Assembly: GCA_963806855.1 (NCBI GenBank)
Contig: CAWDYW010000001.1
Coordinates: 864,001 to 928,000, forward strand
DNA: 64,000 bases
DNA from: an uncultured Verrucomicrobiae bacterium
GTDB lineage: Bacteria > Chlamydiota > Chlamydiia > Chlamydiales > Rhabdochlamydiaceae
Direction: 5' to 3'
Position numbers and translations under genes: made by a program. The notes under the pieces were generated by a model. The model was not told where the DNA came from and did not search any database. It worked only from the letters and a program-made list of their open reading frames with translations. This document shows positions 8,624 to 18,291 of the stretch, in pieces. Positions within the stretch are counted from its first letter, which is position 1. The number at the start of each line of letters is the position of its first letter.

Positions 8624-9874
8624 ATGAAAACTAGAAAAAAATATGCTGTCGCCACACTCGGTTGTCGTACGAATCAGTATGAATCGGCAGCCTATGCCAA
8701 GCAACTGAGAGAGATGGGATACACCGAAGTTTCCGATGGCGAAATTGCTGACATTTGCATCATCAATACTTGCACGGTCACAGAAGGTGCTGATCGCTCG
8801 TCGCGGCATCAAATTCGGCAACTCTCTCGGCAGCATCCAGGCGCGAAGCTAGTCGTGACTGGTTGTTTGGCCGATCGCCTTCCCCAAGAAATTGGGCTAA
8901 TGGAAGAGGTCGATCTAGTCGTTCTCAACAAAGACAAAGATCAATTGCTCTCTCAGGTCTTCCCCGAGGAGACGCTTCCCGAATTTGCAATCGATCAATT
9001 TGGGGGACATACTCGGGCTTTTGTCAAAGTTCAAGATGGATGCAACTCTTTTTGCACCTACTGTATCATCCCTTATGTGCGAGGCCGCTCTCGTTCTCGC
9101 GACGTCGATTCGATCGTGCGCGAGGTAGAGGGGCTCGTCGCCAATGGATATAAAGAGGTGGTCATCACCGGAATCAACGTGGGCGATTTCGATGGAGGGG
9201 GGCTCTCCCTAGCTGAACTGGTGCGCCTCGTCGACCAGATTGAGGGACTCGAGCGGATCAGAATCTCTTCGATCGACCCCGATGAGGTGGACGATGAACT
9301 GCTCGAGACGGTCATAAGCGGGAAGAAGACCTGTCATAGCATGCATATCGTCTTGCAGTCAGGCTCGAATGCGATTTTGAAGCGGATGAACAGGAAATAC
9401 ACTCGGCAGATCTTTATAGAGACGATCGACAGATTGAAGGCCGCATCGCCCGATTTCACCTTCACCACGGATGTCATCGTCGGCTTCCCTGGGGAAACAG
9501 ATCAAGACTTTGAAGATACGCTCGATCTGATGCGTCAGGTGAAATTCTCGAAAGTGCACATGTTTCCCTTTAGTCCAAGACAGCGGACCCGCGCAGCGAC
9601 CTATCCCAATCAAATTGGCCCAGAGCTGATGAATAAGCGGAAACAAGAGGTGCTAAGGCTTGCAGAACAGATCGCGTTTGAGTTACGCTCTCAATATATC
9701 GGGCGCACAATGCCGGTCTTGCTCGAGGCCCAAGAGGGGGAGATGTTCTCTGGACATACCGAAAATTTTCTCGAGGTGCTCGTTCCAGCAAATGGACTCT
9801 CGTCGAATCAAATTGTGATGGTCGAGTGTAAAGAAAATTCACCAAGGGGGTTAATCGGATGCGTATCAAAATAG
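8624..9874 (+). CDS. mtaB: tRNA t6A37 methylthiotransferase MtaB (radical SAM)
   Basis: TLGC..NQYES, NTCTVT, TRAFVKVQDGCNSFCTYC, TRAM domain; start moved to 8624 because ATG 8615 lies in the -10 box. Confidence 0.88.
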   Translation: MKTRKKYAVATLGCRTNQYESAAYAKQLREMGYTEVSDGEIADICIINTCTVTEGADRSSRHQIRQLSRQHPGAKLVVTGCLADRLPQEIGLMEEVDLVVLNKDKDQLLSQVFPEETLPEFAIDQFGGHTRAFVKVQDGCNSFCTYCIIPYVRGRSRSRDVDSIVREVEGLVANGYKEVVITGINVGDFDGGGLSLAELVRLVDQIEGLERIRISSIDPDEVDDELLETVISGKKTCHSMHIVLQSGSNAILKRMNRKYTRQIFIETIDRLKAASPDFTFTTDVIVGFPGETDQDFEDTLDLMRQVKFSKVHMFPFSPRQRTRAATYPNQIGPELMNKRKQEVLRLAEQIAFELRSQYIGRTMPVLLEAQEGEMFSGHTENFLEVLVPANGLSSNQIVMVECKENSPRGLIGCVSK

Positions 9875-10758
9875 CGACGAAACTGCGTCCCTTTTCCCAT
9901 CAACCAGGCATCTGCTGCTTGATCCCTTATACCACATGGGAAGTGCAAATTTTCCCGACGAAGCTAATTTTTAGCGATCTTGCCTCAGAAAAGAGGGAAG
10001 AGATTTCGATCTCCCGTAAAGGTCCGATTAAGCGATTTACCGTTGTCGATGATTTGGAAAGGGGAAGAATTGAGATATTGGGAGGGGTTCGGACATTCAT
10101 CACTGCCGAAAGCTACGCTTTTTTGAAGAAAGTGGAGCTGCCTGTTTCGCAGAAGAGACTGTCTCTCGGATGCCACAAAAAACAGGATTGGGAAATGGTC
10201 CAAAGGCGCTCAGAGATGGGGGAGATTTTTCCTTTCTGGGTCCGGATGGCTCAGCTCATTCCCGAAATGACACTTCCCTCGATTGGCACAGCGCAACTTT
10301 TGGCCGAAGGGAAATTAGATCTGACTTTCAAAGCCGCGTTCCAGGGAATTCTCTGCCCAAGGTTGCGCGATGAGAATTATCTAGGACTCATTCCTGATGT
10401 CAAAATCCCGTCTGGAGTTTCTCCTCTAGGCATCATCCATGAAGGGGCGCGGCAAATAGAGCGATTGTTTTTTTATGAAGAAGATGGAGTACTCCATTTC
10501 CTACCAAAACTCCCCAAAGAGCTCCATGCTGGCCGCTTTATTTACTTAACCACCGCAGCGGGCGACGAAATCGATATGGAGTGGTCGAAAAAAGAGCTGA
10601 AAAAAGTGGTGATTCGAGCCAGAAGCAACCGTCAGGTGCATCTTCGTTTACAAAGTCATATCCGCCGCTTTCGTCTGCAAAAGACAATCTACAGTCGAGA
10701 TCAACCGCTCGAATTGCAGGCTGGAAAAACGCTTTTCCTAGATCGTTTCATGTTCTAG
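9859..10758 (+). CDS. Conserved hypothetical protein; C-terminus resembles GH95 C-terminal beta domain
   Basis: LHFLPKLP...G...G.EIDMEW similar to GH95 'IHLLPALP..W..G...GG..VD..W'. Confidence 0.65.
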   Translation: MRIKIATKLRPFSHQPGICCLIPYTTWEVQIFPTKLIFSDLASEKREEISISRKGPIKRFTVVDDLERGRIEILGGVRTFITAESYAFLKKVELPVSQKRLSLGCHKKQDWEMVQRRSEMGEIFPFWVRMAQLIPEMTLPSIGTAQLLAEGKLDLTFKAAFQGILCPRLRDENYLGLIPDVKIPSGVSPLGIIHEGARQIERLFFYEEDGVLHFLPKLPKELHAGRFIYLTTAAGDEIDMEWSKKELKKVVIRARSNRQVHLRLQSHIRRFRLQKTIYSRDQPLELQAGKTLFLDRFMF

Positions 10759-12147
10759 TTTCTTTTTCCAACTTGGCTTTTGGAAAAGTAGAATGATCGA
10801 GGGGCCTAAAGAGAATAGAATGACGCCAAGTATCATAACCACCACATAGGTCGTCCGATTCATCATCGCAATGTGCTTAGGGGGCAAGACCCCGACGATC
10901 ATAGTGAAGATGGCGCCTAGTGTTCCGACTCCCGCGACAATCCACATCCCCACTTTCCCACCGGGGACTTTATAGAGTCTCTCGGCATTTGGCTGAGAGT
11001 AGCGCAATTTCAACGCTGCAGCAAACATCAAGACATACATCAAAAGATAGAGCTCGCTCACCATGGCGAGGAGCATCCAGTAGGCTTCGTTTAATGATTG
11101 GAATAAAAAAAAGGGAAGGGCTAAGAAGCTGACTACGACGGCTTGTAAAATGAGCAGCGGTTTGGGCATCGCATTTTTATTGATTCTTCGGAATAGGGGA
11201 GGGAAGTCGCCCGATTGCGCTGCAGCCAAGATCCCTTTAACCGGGCCGACTGTCCAGGTGCTGACAGAGGCCATCGTTCCCAGAGCGATGAGGAAAGCGA
11301 TAAGGGGCAAGAGGATTTTAAGATTGTATTGCTCAAAAAAGAAAGCGATCGCTTGGATAGGGCCTGCGAGCAGACTAATCTCTCCTTTAGGGATCACGAT
11401 GGCAATCGACAAGACGCCGGGGATAGAGAGGCCCAAAATGATCAAGGCGGAATAGAGGATGGCTTTCGGGTAATTTTTTCGGGGATTTTCCACATCGAGC
11501 GCGTGGACGGCCGACATTTCGATTCCAGCTAAACTGATCATGACCCCTGTGAAAAGAATCAATTGGGAGATGCTGGTCATATCGGGGATCAGGTTATCTA
11601 GGGTAAAGGAGATTTGAGAGGGGTGCCCTTGAAGAGTCCAAATGCATCCGAGTGCAATGATGAAAAGTCCAGGCAGAAAAGTCCCCAGAATCATCCCTAA
11701 GCTCGAGATCCATCCCGAAGTGCGCATCCCTCGAAAATTGATCAGCGTCGTTCCCCAGAAGATCACCAGAATGGTGCAGAAGGTATAGATAGGATTCGAG
11801 GAGAGGGACGGCTTGAAAATATAGGCGATCGTTGCGGCAATGAAGGCCAGAGCAGTGGGGTACCAGACGATCGTCTGCATCCACTGTAACCAAGAGGCTA
11901 AAAAGCCAGTTCGATGACCGAAAGCCTCCTTCACCCAGGCGAAAACACCCCCGATTTTGGGCCATCCGGTCGCCAGCTCTGCAGAGATGAGGGCAGTCGG
12001 AATGAAAAAGATGAGGGTGGCCAGTAAAAAGAAAAATACAGAATAGAGGCCATATTCAGCCGTTACGGGCCAATTTTTGACGCTGCCGATGGTCGCCACG
12101 TTGATCATGGTCAACATAAAGATTGAGAGGACACGTTTGGGTTTCAC
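10738..12147 (-). CDS. APC-family amino acid permease (GadC/YjeM-like)
   Basis: About 12 TM helices; P.ALISAELATGWP..GG...WV.EAFG, GIEMSAVH, NP.KNYPKA. Confidence 0.9.
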   Translation of the reverse strand: MKPKRVLSIFMLTMINVATIGSVKNWPVTAEYGLYSVFFFLLATLIFFIPTALISAELATGWPKIGGVFAWVKEAFGHRTGFLASWLQWMQTIVWYPTALAFIAATIAYIFKPSLSSNPIYTFCTILVIFWGTTLINFRGMRTSGWISSLGMILGTFLPGLFIIALGCIWTLQGHPSQISFTLDNLIPDMTSISQLILFTGVMISLAGIEMSAVHALDVENPRKNYPKAILYSALIILGLSIPGVLSIAIVIPKGEISLLAGPIQAIAFFFEQYNLKILLPLIAFLIALGTMASVSTWTVGPVKGILAAAQSGDFPPLFRRINKNAMPKPLLILQAVVVSFLALPFFLFQSLNEAYWMLLAMVSELYLLMYVLMFAAALKLRYSQPNAERLYKVPGGKVGMWIVAGVGTLGAIFTMIVGVLPPKHIAMMNRTTYVVVMILGVILFSLGPSIILLFQKPSWKKKLEHETI

Positions 12148-12164
12148 AAGTTTTCTCCAGTTTG

Positions 12165-12335
12165 GAGGCAGTTGCCAAACTCAGGTTCAGTCGATTTTCG
12201 GGTTCTTTTGAGCCGATTTTCGATTCAAATTCGGGGGGTAATATCAGCCTCCCGCATATGACCCCCCGAATTTGAATCGAAAATCGGCCAAAATAATCCC
12301 GAAAATCGACGAACCCTGAGTTTGGCAACTGCCTC
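12165..12335. mobile_element. Palindromic MITE-like element E2 (171 bp) with 3-bp TTG direct repeat flanks
   Basis: GAGGCAGTTGCCAAACTCAGG...CCTGAGTTTGGCAACTGCCTC terminal IR; whole element folds back; TTG at 12162-12164 and 12336-12338. Confidence 0.8.
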
Positions 12336-12372
12336 TTGGATTAATTATAGAAGAATCTGCTATAATTTGGCC

Positions 12373-14364
12373 ATGGTTACATCTAAAAATGAATACCTTG
12401 AACTGATCGAAGAGGTCAGAAAACATGATCATGCCTATTTTGTTAAGGCAGAGCCGATTATTTCCGACTACGACTACGACCAGCTGATGATTCGGCTGAA
12501 AGGGATCGAGAATGACCATCCCGATTGGGTCACTCCTGCATCGCCGACCCAACGCGTAGGAGAAGTGGCAACTGGTTTTAAACAAATTGAGCATGCCGTT
12601 CCGATGCTTTCGCTGGCCAACACCTATTCGAAAGAAGAATTGGAAGATTTTGTCAAACGGATCCACAAATGGACCGGCCGAACCGATATCGAATTTTGCG
12701 TCGAATTGAAAATGGATGGAGTGGCCGTTTCAGTGGTCTATGAAAACGGAATTTACACTCAAGCGGTGACCCGCGGTGATGGAAAAAAAGGAGATGAGGT
12801 CACCGCCAATCTCAAGACCATTTTAGCTCTCCCGCTGCAGCTCGATCTGCAGGATCCTCCCGAAGTGCTCGAAGTGCGCGGCGAGGTCTATATGCCCCAT
12901 AAATCGTTTCGCCTCTCCAACCAAAAGAAAGAGGAGGCCGGAGAAGAGCCGTGGGCCAATCCGCGCAATGCGACCGCCGGGTCGCTAAAATTGCTCGACC
13001 CAAAAGAGGTGAAAGCCCGCAATCTGGCAATTGTCTTTTACGGCATCGCGCGAGAAACCTCCAATCGGATCGACAGCCAGTTTGCCTGCCACCAGTTCCT
13101 AGAAAATTGCGGCCTCCCCACCTTTGCCAAACAGCACCGGCTGAAAACAGGTTCGATCGAAGAGCTGCTCGCCTTTGCCAGCCGGGTCGAAGCCGAGCGG
13201 CATTCCCTAGGCTTCGACATCGACGGAATCGTGATCAAAGTGGACAATTTTGCCTTACGCGAAGAGCTCGGGACCACAGGGAAGAGCCCCCGTTGGGCCG
13301 TCGCCTATAAATTTGCTCCAGAGCAGGCGACAACCCGCATTCGGGAAATCTCGATCCAAGTAGGGCGCACGGGAGTCTTGACTCCTGTCGCAGAGCTTGA
13401 ACCAGTATTTTTAGCAGGCAGCACCATTTCCAGAGCGACTCTGCACAACCAAGAAGAGATCGAACGGAAAGATATACGAGTAGGCGACTCTGTCGTCATC
13501 GAGAAAGGGGGAGATGTGATCCCCAAAGTCGTCAAAGTCGATCTCTCCAAGCGTCCGGCTCATTCTGCCCCTTGGAAAATGCCCACCCATTGCCCCATTT
13601 GCGGCACACCGGTCGTCCATCATGAAGGGGAGGTCGCGGTCCGTTGCCCCAATCCCGACTGCGGCGATCAAGTCCTCAGACGAATCGCCTTTTTCGCCAG
13701 CAAAGATGCGATGGATATTGGCCATATGGGTCCCAAAGTTGTCGAGCAGCTCGTTGTCAAAGGCCTGGTGAAAAGTGTCGCCGACATCTACGCCTTGACA
13801 GCTGAAGAGCTCGCCCTTCTTGACGGTTTTAAAGAAAAAGCGATCCACAACCTGCTCGAAAGCATCGACAAGTCGCGCAAAACCACCTTGCCACGTTTGA
13901 TCCTGAGCTTAGGGATTAAACATGTGGGCGAGGGGATTGCCGAGATGCTGGCGACACAAGCTGGCGATATCGAAACCCTCTCCCAGATGACCGTTGAAGA
14001 ACTCATCGCCATCGAAGGGATTGGGGAGAAAGTGGCTCAATCGGTCGTTGACTATTTCCACAATCCTGAAAATCTCAAAGAAATCCACCGGCTATTTCAT
14101 CTTGGGGTAAAACCGGAGAAAATCGTCATCGAAAAAGGGCATCCCTTCTTTGGCAAGGTATTTGTCTTGACCGGCACACTTGAAAGCTATTCCCGATCAG
14201 AGGCTGAAGCGCTGATCAAAGAGCGCGGCGGAAAGGTGAGCAATTCGGTCGGCAAGAAAACCGATTATCTGCTTTCCGGCAGTGAGCCAGGATCGAAGTA
14301 TGCAAAAGCCCAAGAACTCGGGCTTACGATCCTCTCCGAGCAAGAATTTAAAGACTTGCTTTGA
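12373..14364 (+). CDS. ligA: NAD-dependent DNA ligase
   Basis: KMDG adenylation motif, RGDG..G, NPRN, zinc finger, HhH, BRCT; start ATG 12373. Confidence 0.97.
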   Translation: MVTSKNEYLELIEEVRKHDHAYFVKAEPIISDYDYDQLMIRLKGIENDHPDWVTPASPTQRVGEVATGFKQIEHAVPMLSLANTYSKEELEDFVKRIHKWTGRTDIEFCVELKMDGVAVSVVYENGIYTQAVTRGDGKKGDEVTANLKTILALPLQLDLQDPPEVLEVRGEVYMPHKSFRLSNQKKEEAGEEPWANPRNATAGSLKLLDPKEVKARNLAIVFYGIARETSNRIDSQFACHQFLENCGLPTFAKQHRLKTGSIEELLAFASRVEAERHSLGFDIDGIVIKVDNFALREELGTTGKSPRWAVAYKFAPEQATTRIREISIQVGRTGVLTPVAELEPVFLAGSTISRATLHNQEEIERKDIRVGDSVVIEKGGDVIPKVVKVDLSKRPAHSAPWKMPTHCPICGTPVVHHEGEVAVRCPNPDCGDQVLRRIAFFASKDAMDIGHMGPKVVEQLVVKGLVKSVADIYALTAEELALLDGFKEKAIHNLLESIDKSRKTTLPRLILSLGIKHVGEGIAEMLATQAGDIETLSQMTVEELIAIEGIGEKVAQSVVDYFHNPENLKEIHRLFHLGVKPEKIVIEKGHPFFGKVFVLTGTLESYSRSEAEALIKERGGKVSNSVGKKTDYLLSGSEPGSKYAKAQELGLTILSEQEFKDLL

Positions 14365-14414
14365 AAGCTAAAATTTCCTATATAGGTATTCTTTCCTCAA
14401 AAAAAGGAGTATTT

Positions 14415-14930
14415 ATGTGGAAATCATTAATTAGATGTTCCGTGATTGGGGGCATCATCGTCTTTCTATGGCTAACCCTAGAATGGGCAGTCCTGCCAAC
14501 GCATAAGATGATAATCAACCGCTTCACAGAACAAACTGAAGTGACGACAACCATTGCCAAATATGCCCCTCGTGATGGCATCTACGTAGTCGCGCCCTGC
14601 GAAACCAAAGGGGAAGAGCCCTTTATATTCCTCAATATTCGTCGAGGAATCGATTGCAGCTCGATGGTACGTCCGATGATTCAAGGCATCCTGATGCAGA
14701 TGGTTGCAGCCTTTTTAATCACCTATCTGCTTCTGCAGACAAAAGCGATGAAATATTGGAGTCGCGTTTGGTTTGTAACCGTCATCGGTTTTGTTGTGGC
14801 GATTCTAGGCATTTTACCAGATTGGAACTGGTGGCAATTCCCGACAGCGTGGATAGGTCTCGAAGTCTTCGATATTGTCGTCGGCTGGTTCCTCGGTGGT
14901 CTTGTGATCGCCAAACTCGTTAAGAACTAA
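14415..14930 (+). CDS. Hypothetical 4-TM membrane protein
   Basis: AGGAG RBS before ATG 14415; hydrophobic helices. Confidence 0.75.
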   Translation: MWKSLIRCSVIGGIIVFLWLTLEWAVLPTHKMIINRFTEQTEVTTTIAKYAPRDGIYVVAPCETKGEEPFIFLNIRRGIDCSSMVRPMIQGILMQMVAAFLITYLLLQTKAMKYWSRVWFVTVIGFVVAILGILPDWNWWQFPTAWIGLEVFDIVVGWFLGGLVIAKLVKN

Positions 14931-16266
14931 CCATAGCCAGGGCGGGTTTGTTCACAAGCTCGCCCACTAAAGTCTGGTGATGACATCCAGTAATTCTCAC
15001 CTTTTGGAGCGATCCAATCAACGAATCATCCCCATCGAAAATGACCTTTTTCCAGCAGCGAGTTCTCCCTTTCAAGAGCTCTGACTTGCTTCGCTGCTCG
15101 ACGAGAATTTCCACCTCGGAGCCGATCAAAGATTGCATTTCTTCGTTGCAGATCTCCTGATGGAGCTGCATCAATCTTTGCAGACGCTCTTGCTTCACCT
15201 CTTCTGGCACATCGTCTTTCCAGCGGTAGGCCGGAGTCCCTTTGCGCGCGCTATAGGCAAATAAGAAAGCGACCGAGTAGCGGATCTGCTTGAAGATATC
15301 ATACGTCATCTGAAACTCTTCTTCGGTTTCAGTTGGGAATCCGACGATAATATCCGTTCCAAGGGCCACATTGGGGACAAGCTCCCGGAGCATCTGCACC
15401 TTTTCAAGATATTGCTCGAGAGTGTAGCGTCGATTCATTTTGCGCAAAATTCTGCTAGATCCTGCCTGAATGGGGAAGTGGACAAATTCGCAGACAGAGG
15501 GCAGATCTCGAATGGCCTGCATCAGTTCGACGGTGATATCGCAAGGGTGCGAGGTCATGAAGCGGATCCGCTCGACACCTTCAATTTTGTCGAGCTCATA
15601 GAGCAGGTCATGGAAGAGCACATTCCACTCTGGCGCATCATTTCCATAGCTATTGACATTCTGCCCGAGCAGCGTGATCTCTTTGTATCCCTTAGCCGCG
15701 AGCTGCTTGCACTCAGCGATAATATCCTGCGCTGGCCTAGAGACCTCTTTCCCTCTCGTATAGGGAACCACACAATAGGTGCAATATTTGTCACATCCCC
15801 GAATAATCGAAACAAATGCTTTGACCGGGTCATCGCGCACCGCGTCAAAATAGTTGAGATTCTCTTCAAATGTGCTATCCGTTCGAATGGTCTGCTTCCC
15901 TGTCTCAAGCACCTCATCGAGAACCGCATTTAGATCAGAAATATTGTTTGTCCCTACAACGAAATCCACATGGGGCAATTTACGAAAAATGCGCTCTTTT
16001 TTGGCCATCGCCATGCATCCGGTTACACCAATCACTGATCGTTTATTGGGACTGCGGCCGAGCTGACCGATTTTCCCCATCACCTTTCGTTCGGCCAGAT
16101 CGCGAATGGAGCATGTATTAAATAAAAGCAGATCGGCATCCTCTTCGTCCTGGACACGGCTAAGGCCCCGTTTTTCAAGTGCGCCGATCATGAGCTCCGA
16201 GTCGAGCTCATTCATCTGACATCCATAAGTTCGCACAAAAAAAGTCTTTAGTTGCCGTTTCTGCAT
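14920..16266 (-). CDS. miaB: tRNA i6A37 methylthiotransferase MiaB
   Basis: TYGCQMNELDSE, NTCSIR, GCDKYCTYCVVP, TRAM domain. Confidence 0.95.
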   Translation of the reverse strand: MQKRQLKTFFVRTYGCQMNELDSELMIGALEKRGLSRVQDEEDADLLLFNTCSIRDLAERKVMGKIGQLGRSPNKRSVIGVTGCMAMAKKERIFRKLPHVDFVVGTNNISDLNAVLDEVLETGKQTIRTDSTFEENLNYFDAVRDDPVKAFVSIIRGCDKYCTYCVVPYTRGKEVSRPAQDIIAECKQLAAKGYKEITLLGQNVNSYGNDAPEWNVLFHDLLYELDKIEGVERIRFMTSHPCDITVELMQAIRDLPSVCEFVHFPIQAGSSRILRKMNRRYTLEQYLEKVQMLRELVPNVALGTDIIVGFPTETEEEFQMTYDIFKQIRYSVAFLFAYSARKGTPAYRWKDDVPEEVKQERLQRLMQLHQEICNEEMQSLIGSEVEILVEQRSKSELLKGRTRCWKKVIFDGDDSLIGSLQKVRITGCHHQTLVGELVNKPALAMVSS

Positions 16267-16629
16267 TAGTTACCTTAAGTTTTTTAAAAAGGGGATTTTA
16301 GAGGATCGACTGATCTTTTGCAATAATTTCATCATATGCTGGTGACGAGGAAGGCGATGGAGTGGCGGGTCTTATGTACCGGCGAGCATTGGCAAAATTC
16401 AATGGGAGGGGGGGATATAATGTCCTCGATGTAAGCCATATAATGGGCTGTAACCATTTGAAATTCTGATAGTTAGAATTTCTAAGAGCTATTTCGGGGA
16501 AAATGGACCCATTTATAGGTATCCTCAGATAGGTTCTGGCTTACAAAAAATTTTTTCATCATAAAAAGGAGTTGGCAAAAATGGGGCGGTTCGAATATGC
16601 TTAGGGTGCAATTTACAAAAGCTTGAAAG

Positions 16630-17082
16630 ATGAATAAAAGTAAGCAACAAGATTCGACTCTCTTAACTAAAGAACAGGCCATTGCGGATCGTAGATGGTT
16701 CCTGCTAGATGCCAAAGGGAAAACTTTGGGACGCTTTGCCTCAGAAGTGGCGAAAGTGCTTCGAGGTAAACATAAACCCCAGTTCACCCCAAATGTTGAC
16801 TGCGGCGATGGCGTGATCATCATCAATGCCGACCAAATTAAGGTCACTGGCGCCAAAGCAGCTCAAAAGATTTATTATTACCACACCCATAAAGCAAATG
16901 GTCTGCGCGAAATCCCTTTCAATGTCATGTTGGACAGAAAGCCCGACTTTATCATTCGCGAAGCTGTCAAGGGGATGATGCCTCTTAGCCGTTTAGGCCG
17001 CCAACAAATGAGAAAATTGCGCATCTACGCTGGAGACGCGCACGACTTAGAAGCTCAACAACCAATCTCCTTAACCGTATAA
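16630..17082 (+). CDS. rplM: 50S ribosomal protein L13
   Basis: DA.GK.LGR.AS, GKHKP.FTP.VDCGD. Confidence 0.97.
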   Translation: MNKSKQQDSTLLTKEQAIADRRWFLLDAKGKTLGRFASEVAKVLRGKHKPQFTPNVDCGDGVIIINADQIKVTGAKAAQKIYYYHTHKANGLREIPFNVMLDRKPDFIIREAVKGMMPLSRLGRQQMRKLRIYAGDAHDLEAQQPISLTV

Positions 17083-17089
17083 GAGTAAT

Positions 17090-17479
17090 ATGCAAGAATT
17101 TATCGGAACTGGAAGACGAAAAACATCTGTATCATCAGTGCGTCTTCGCCCAAATGGGTCTGGAAAAATCGAAGTCAATGGACGTAAGATCGAGGAGTAT
17201 TTCCCACTCGAAATCCAAAGAGATGAGATCCTCTCCCCACTAAAAAAATTTAATCTCGAGCAAAAATTCGATATTATTATTCGCTTGAAAGGGGGAGGTA
17301 TCCAAGGGCAAGCCATCGCAACTCGCCTTGGGATCTCACGCGCTCTCGTTATTCAAGACGAGACGAGAAGACCAGATCTGAAAGAGCTGGGGTATCTCAC
17401 TCGCGATCCTCGCAAACGCGAGAGAAAGAAATACGGTTTGGCTGGCGCACGTAAACGATTCCAGTTCTCCAAACGTTAA
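17090..17479 (+). CDS. rpsI: 30S ribosomal protein S9
   Basis: [28 protein letters not shown]. Confidence 0.98.
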   Translation: MQEFIGTGRRKTSVSSVRLRPNGSGKIEVNGRKIEEYFPLEIQRDEILSPLKKFNLEQKFDIIIRLKGGGIQGQAIATRLGISRALVIQDETRRPDLKELGYLTRDPRKRERKKYGLAGARKRFQFSKR

Positions 17480-17572
17480 TATTCAACCTATATCCTCCTT
17501 GTTGATGACAAGACCATTGAACGATTGTTTAAGGGTCTTGTTTTATTTATATCAGGGTTATATAGAGAAAGT

Positions 17573-18034
17573 ATGGATCCAAAGCCTGTTAGTTTTTCAG
17601 CCATTGATAATCAAATTTCAATCGTTTTTCCAAATGATCTTAATGCCAATGGGACTCTATTTGGAGGAAAGGTGCTGGAGCAGGGCGATTGGCTCTGTGC
17701 GATCGTCGCCAAACGGCATTCGCAGCGGGTATGCGTGACGCTTGGGCTCGATTCGGTCAGATTTTTGGCCCCGGCGACAAGTGGCGACGTGCTGATCCTC
17801 AAAGCGGCTCTCAATCGGGCTTGGCACACTTCGATGGAGGTGGGGCTCAAGGTCTTCGCGGAAGATATTCGGACCCTGGAGAGAAGGCATATCTTTTCGG
17901 CCTATTTTACTTTTGTCGCCCTTGATGAGACGTTTCGCCCGACTAAGGTGCCGCCTGTGATTCCTGAAACGGAAGATGAAAAGCGGCGCTATGAAGAGGC
18001 TGAAATGCGAAGGACGAAGCGCTTAACTAGGTAG
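17573..18034 (+). CDS. Acyl-CoA thioesterase (hotdog fold, YciA-like)
   Basis: P.DLN..GTLFGG, TSMEVG, AYFTFVALD. Confidence 0.88.
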   Translation: MDPKPVSFSAIDNQISIVFPNDLNANGTLFGGKVLEQGDWLCAIVAKRHSQRVCVTLGLDSVRFLAPATSGDVLILKAALNRAWHTSMEVGLKVFAEDIRTLERRHIFSAYFTFVALDETFRPTKVPPVIPETEDEKRRYEEAEMRRTKRLTR

Positions 18035-18135
18035 GCCCGTTTCAACGCAAAGACGCCAAGGCGCAAAGACGCAAAAAAAGAAATTGGTTTTTTTCTTGCG
18101 TCTTTGCGCCTCTGCGTCTTTGCGTTGAAATGGGC
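18035..18135. repeat. REP-like palindrome built of CGCAAAGA-type short repeats
   Basis: gcccgtttcaacgcaaagacgccaaggcgcaaagacgcaa...ttgcgtctttgcgcctctgcgtctttgcgttgaaatgggc. Confidence 0.85.
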
Positions 18136-18291
18136 AATGTATCTAACTACGTCGAGTTGGATAGGGGTATCGCCGATAAAGCCGTAGTTAGGGGGAGGAT
18201 GAGATCAGACTCGGCGGCGGCAATTTCTGATCAAATACGGTGTGGGACTTTAGCAGCAGCAGTAGGCTTAAGCAAAAGAGGACAACCCATT

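Noticed and set aside
16270..16620. Possible ncRNA or riboswitch between miaB and rplM
   Set aside because: No recognisable conserved structure; explained by divergent promoters
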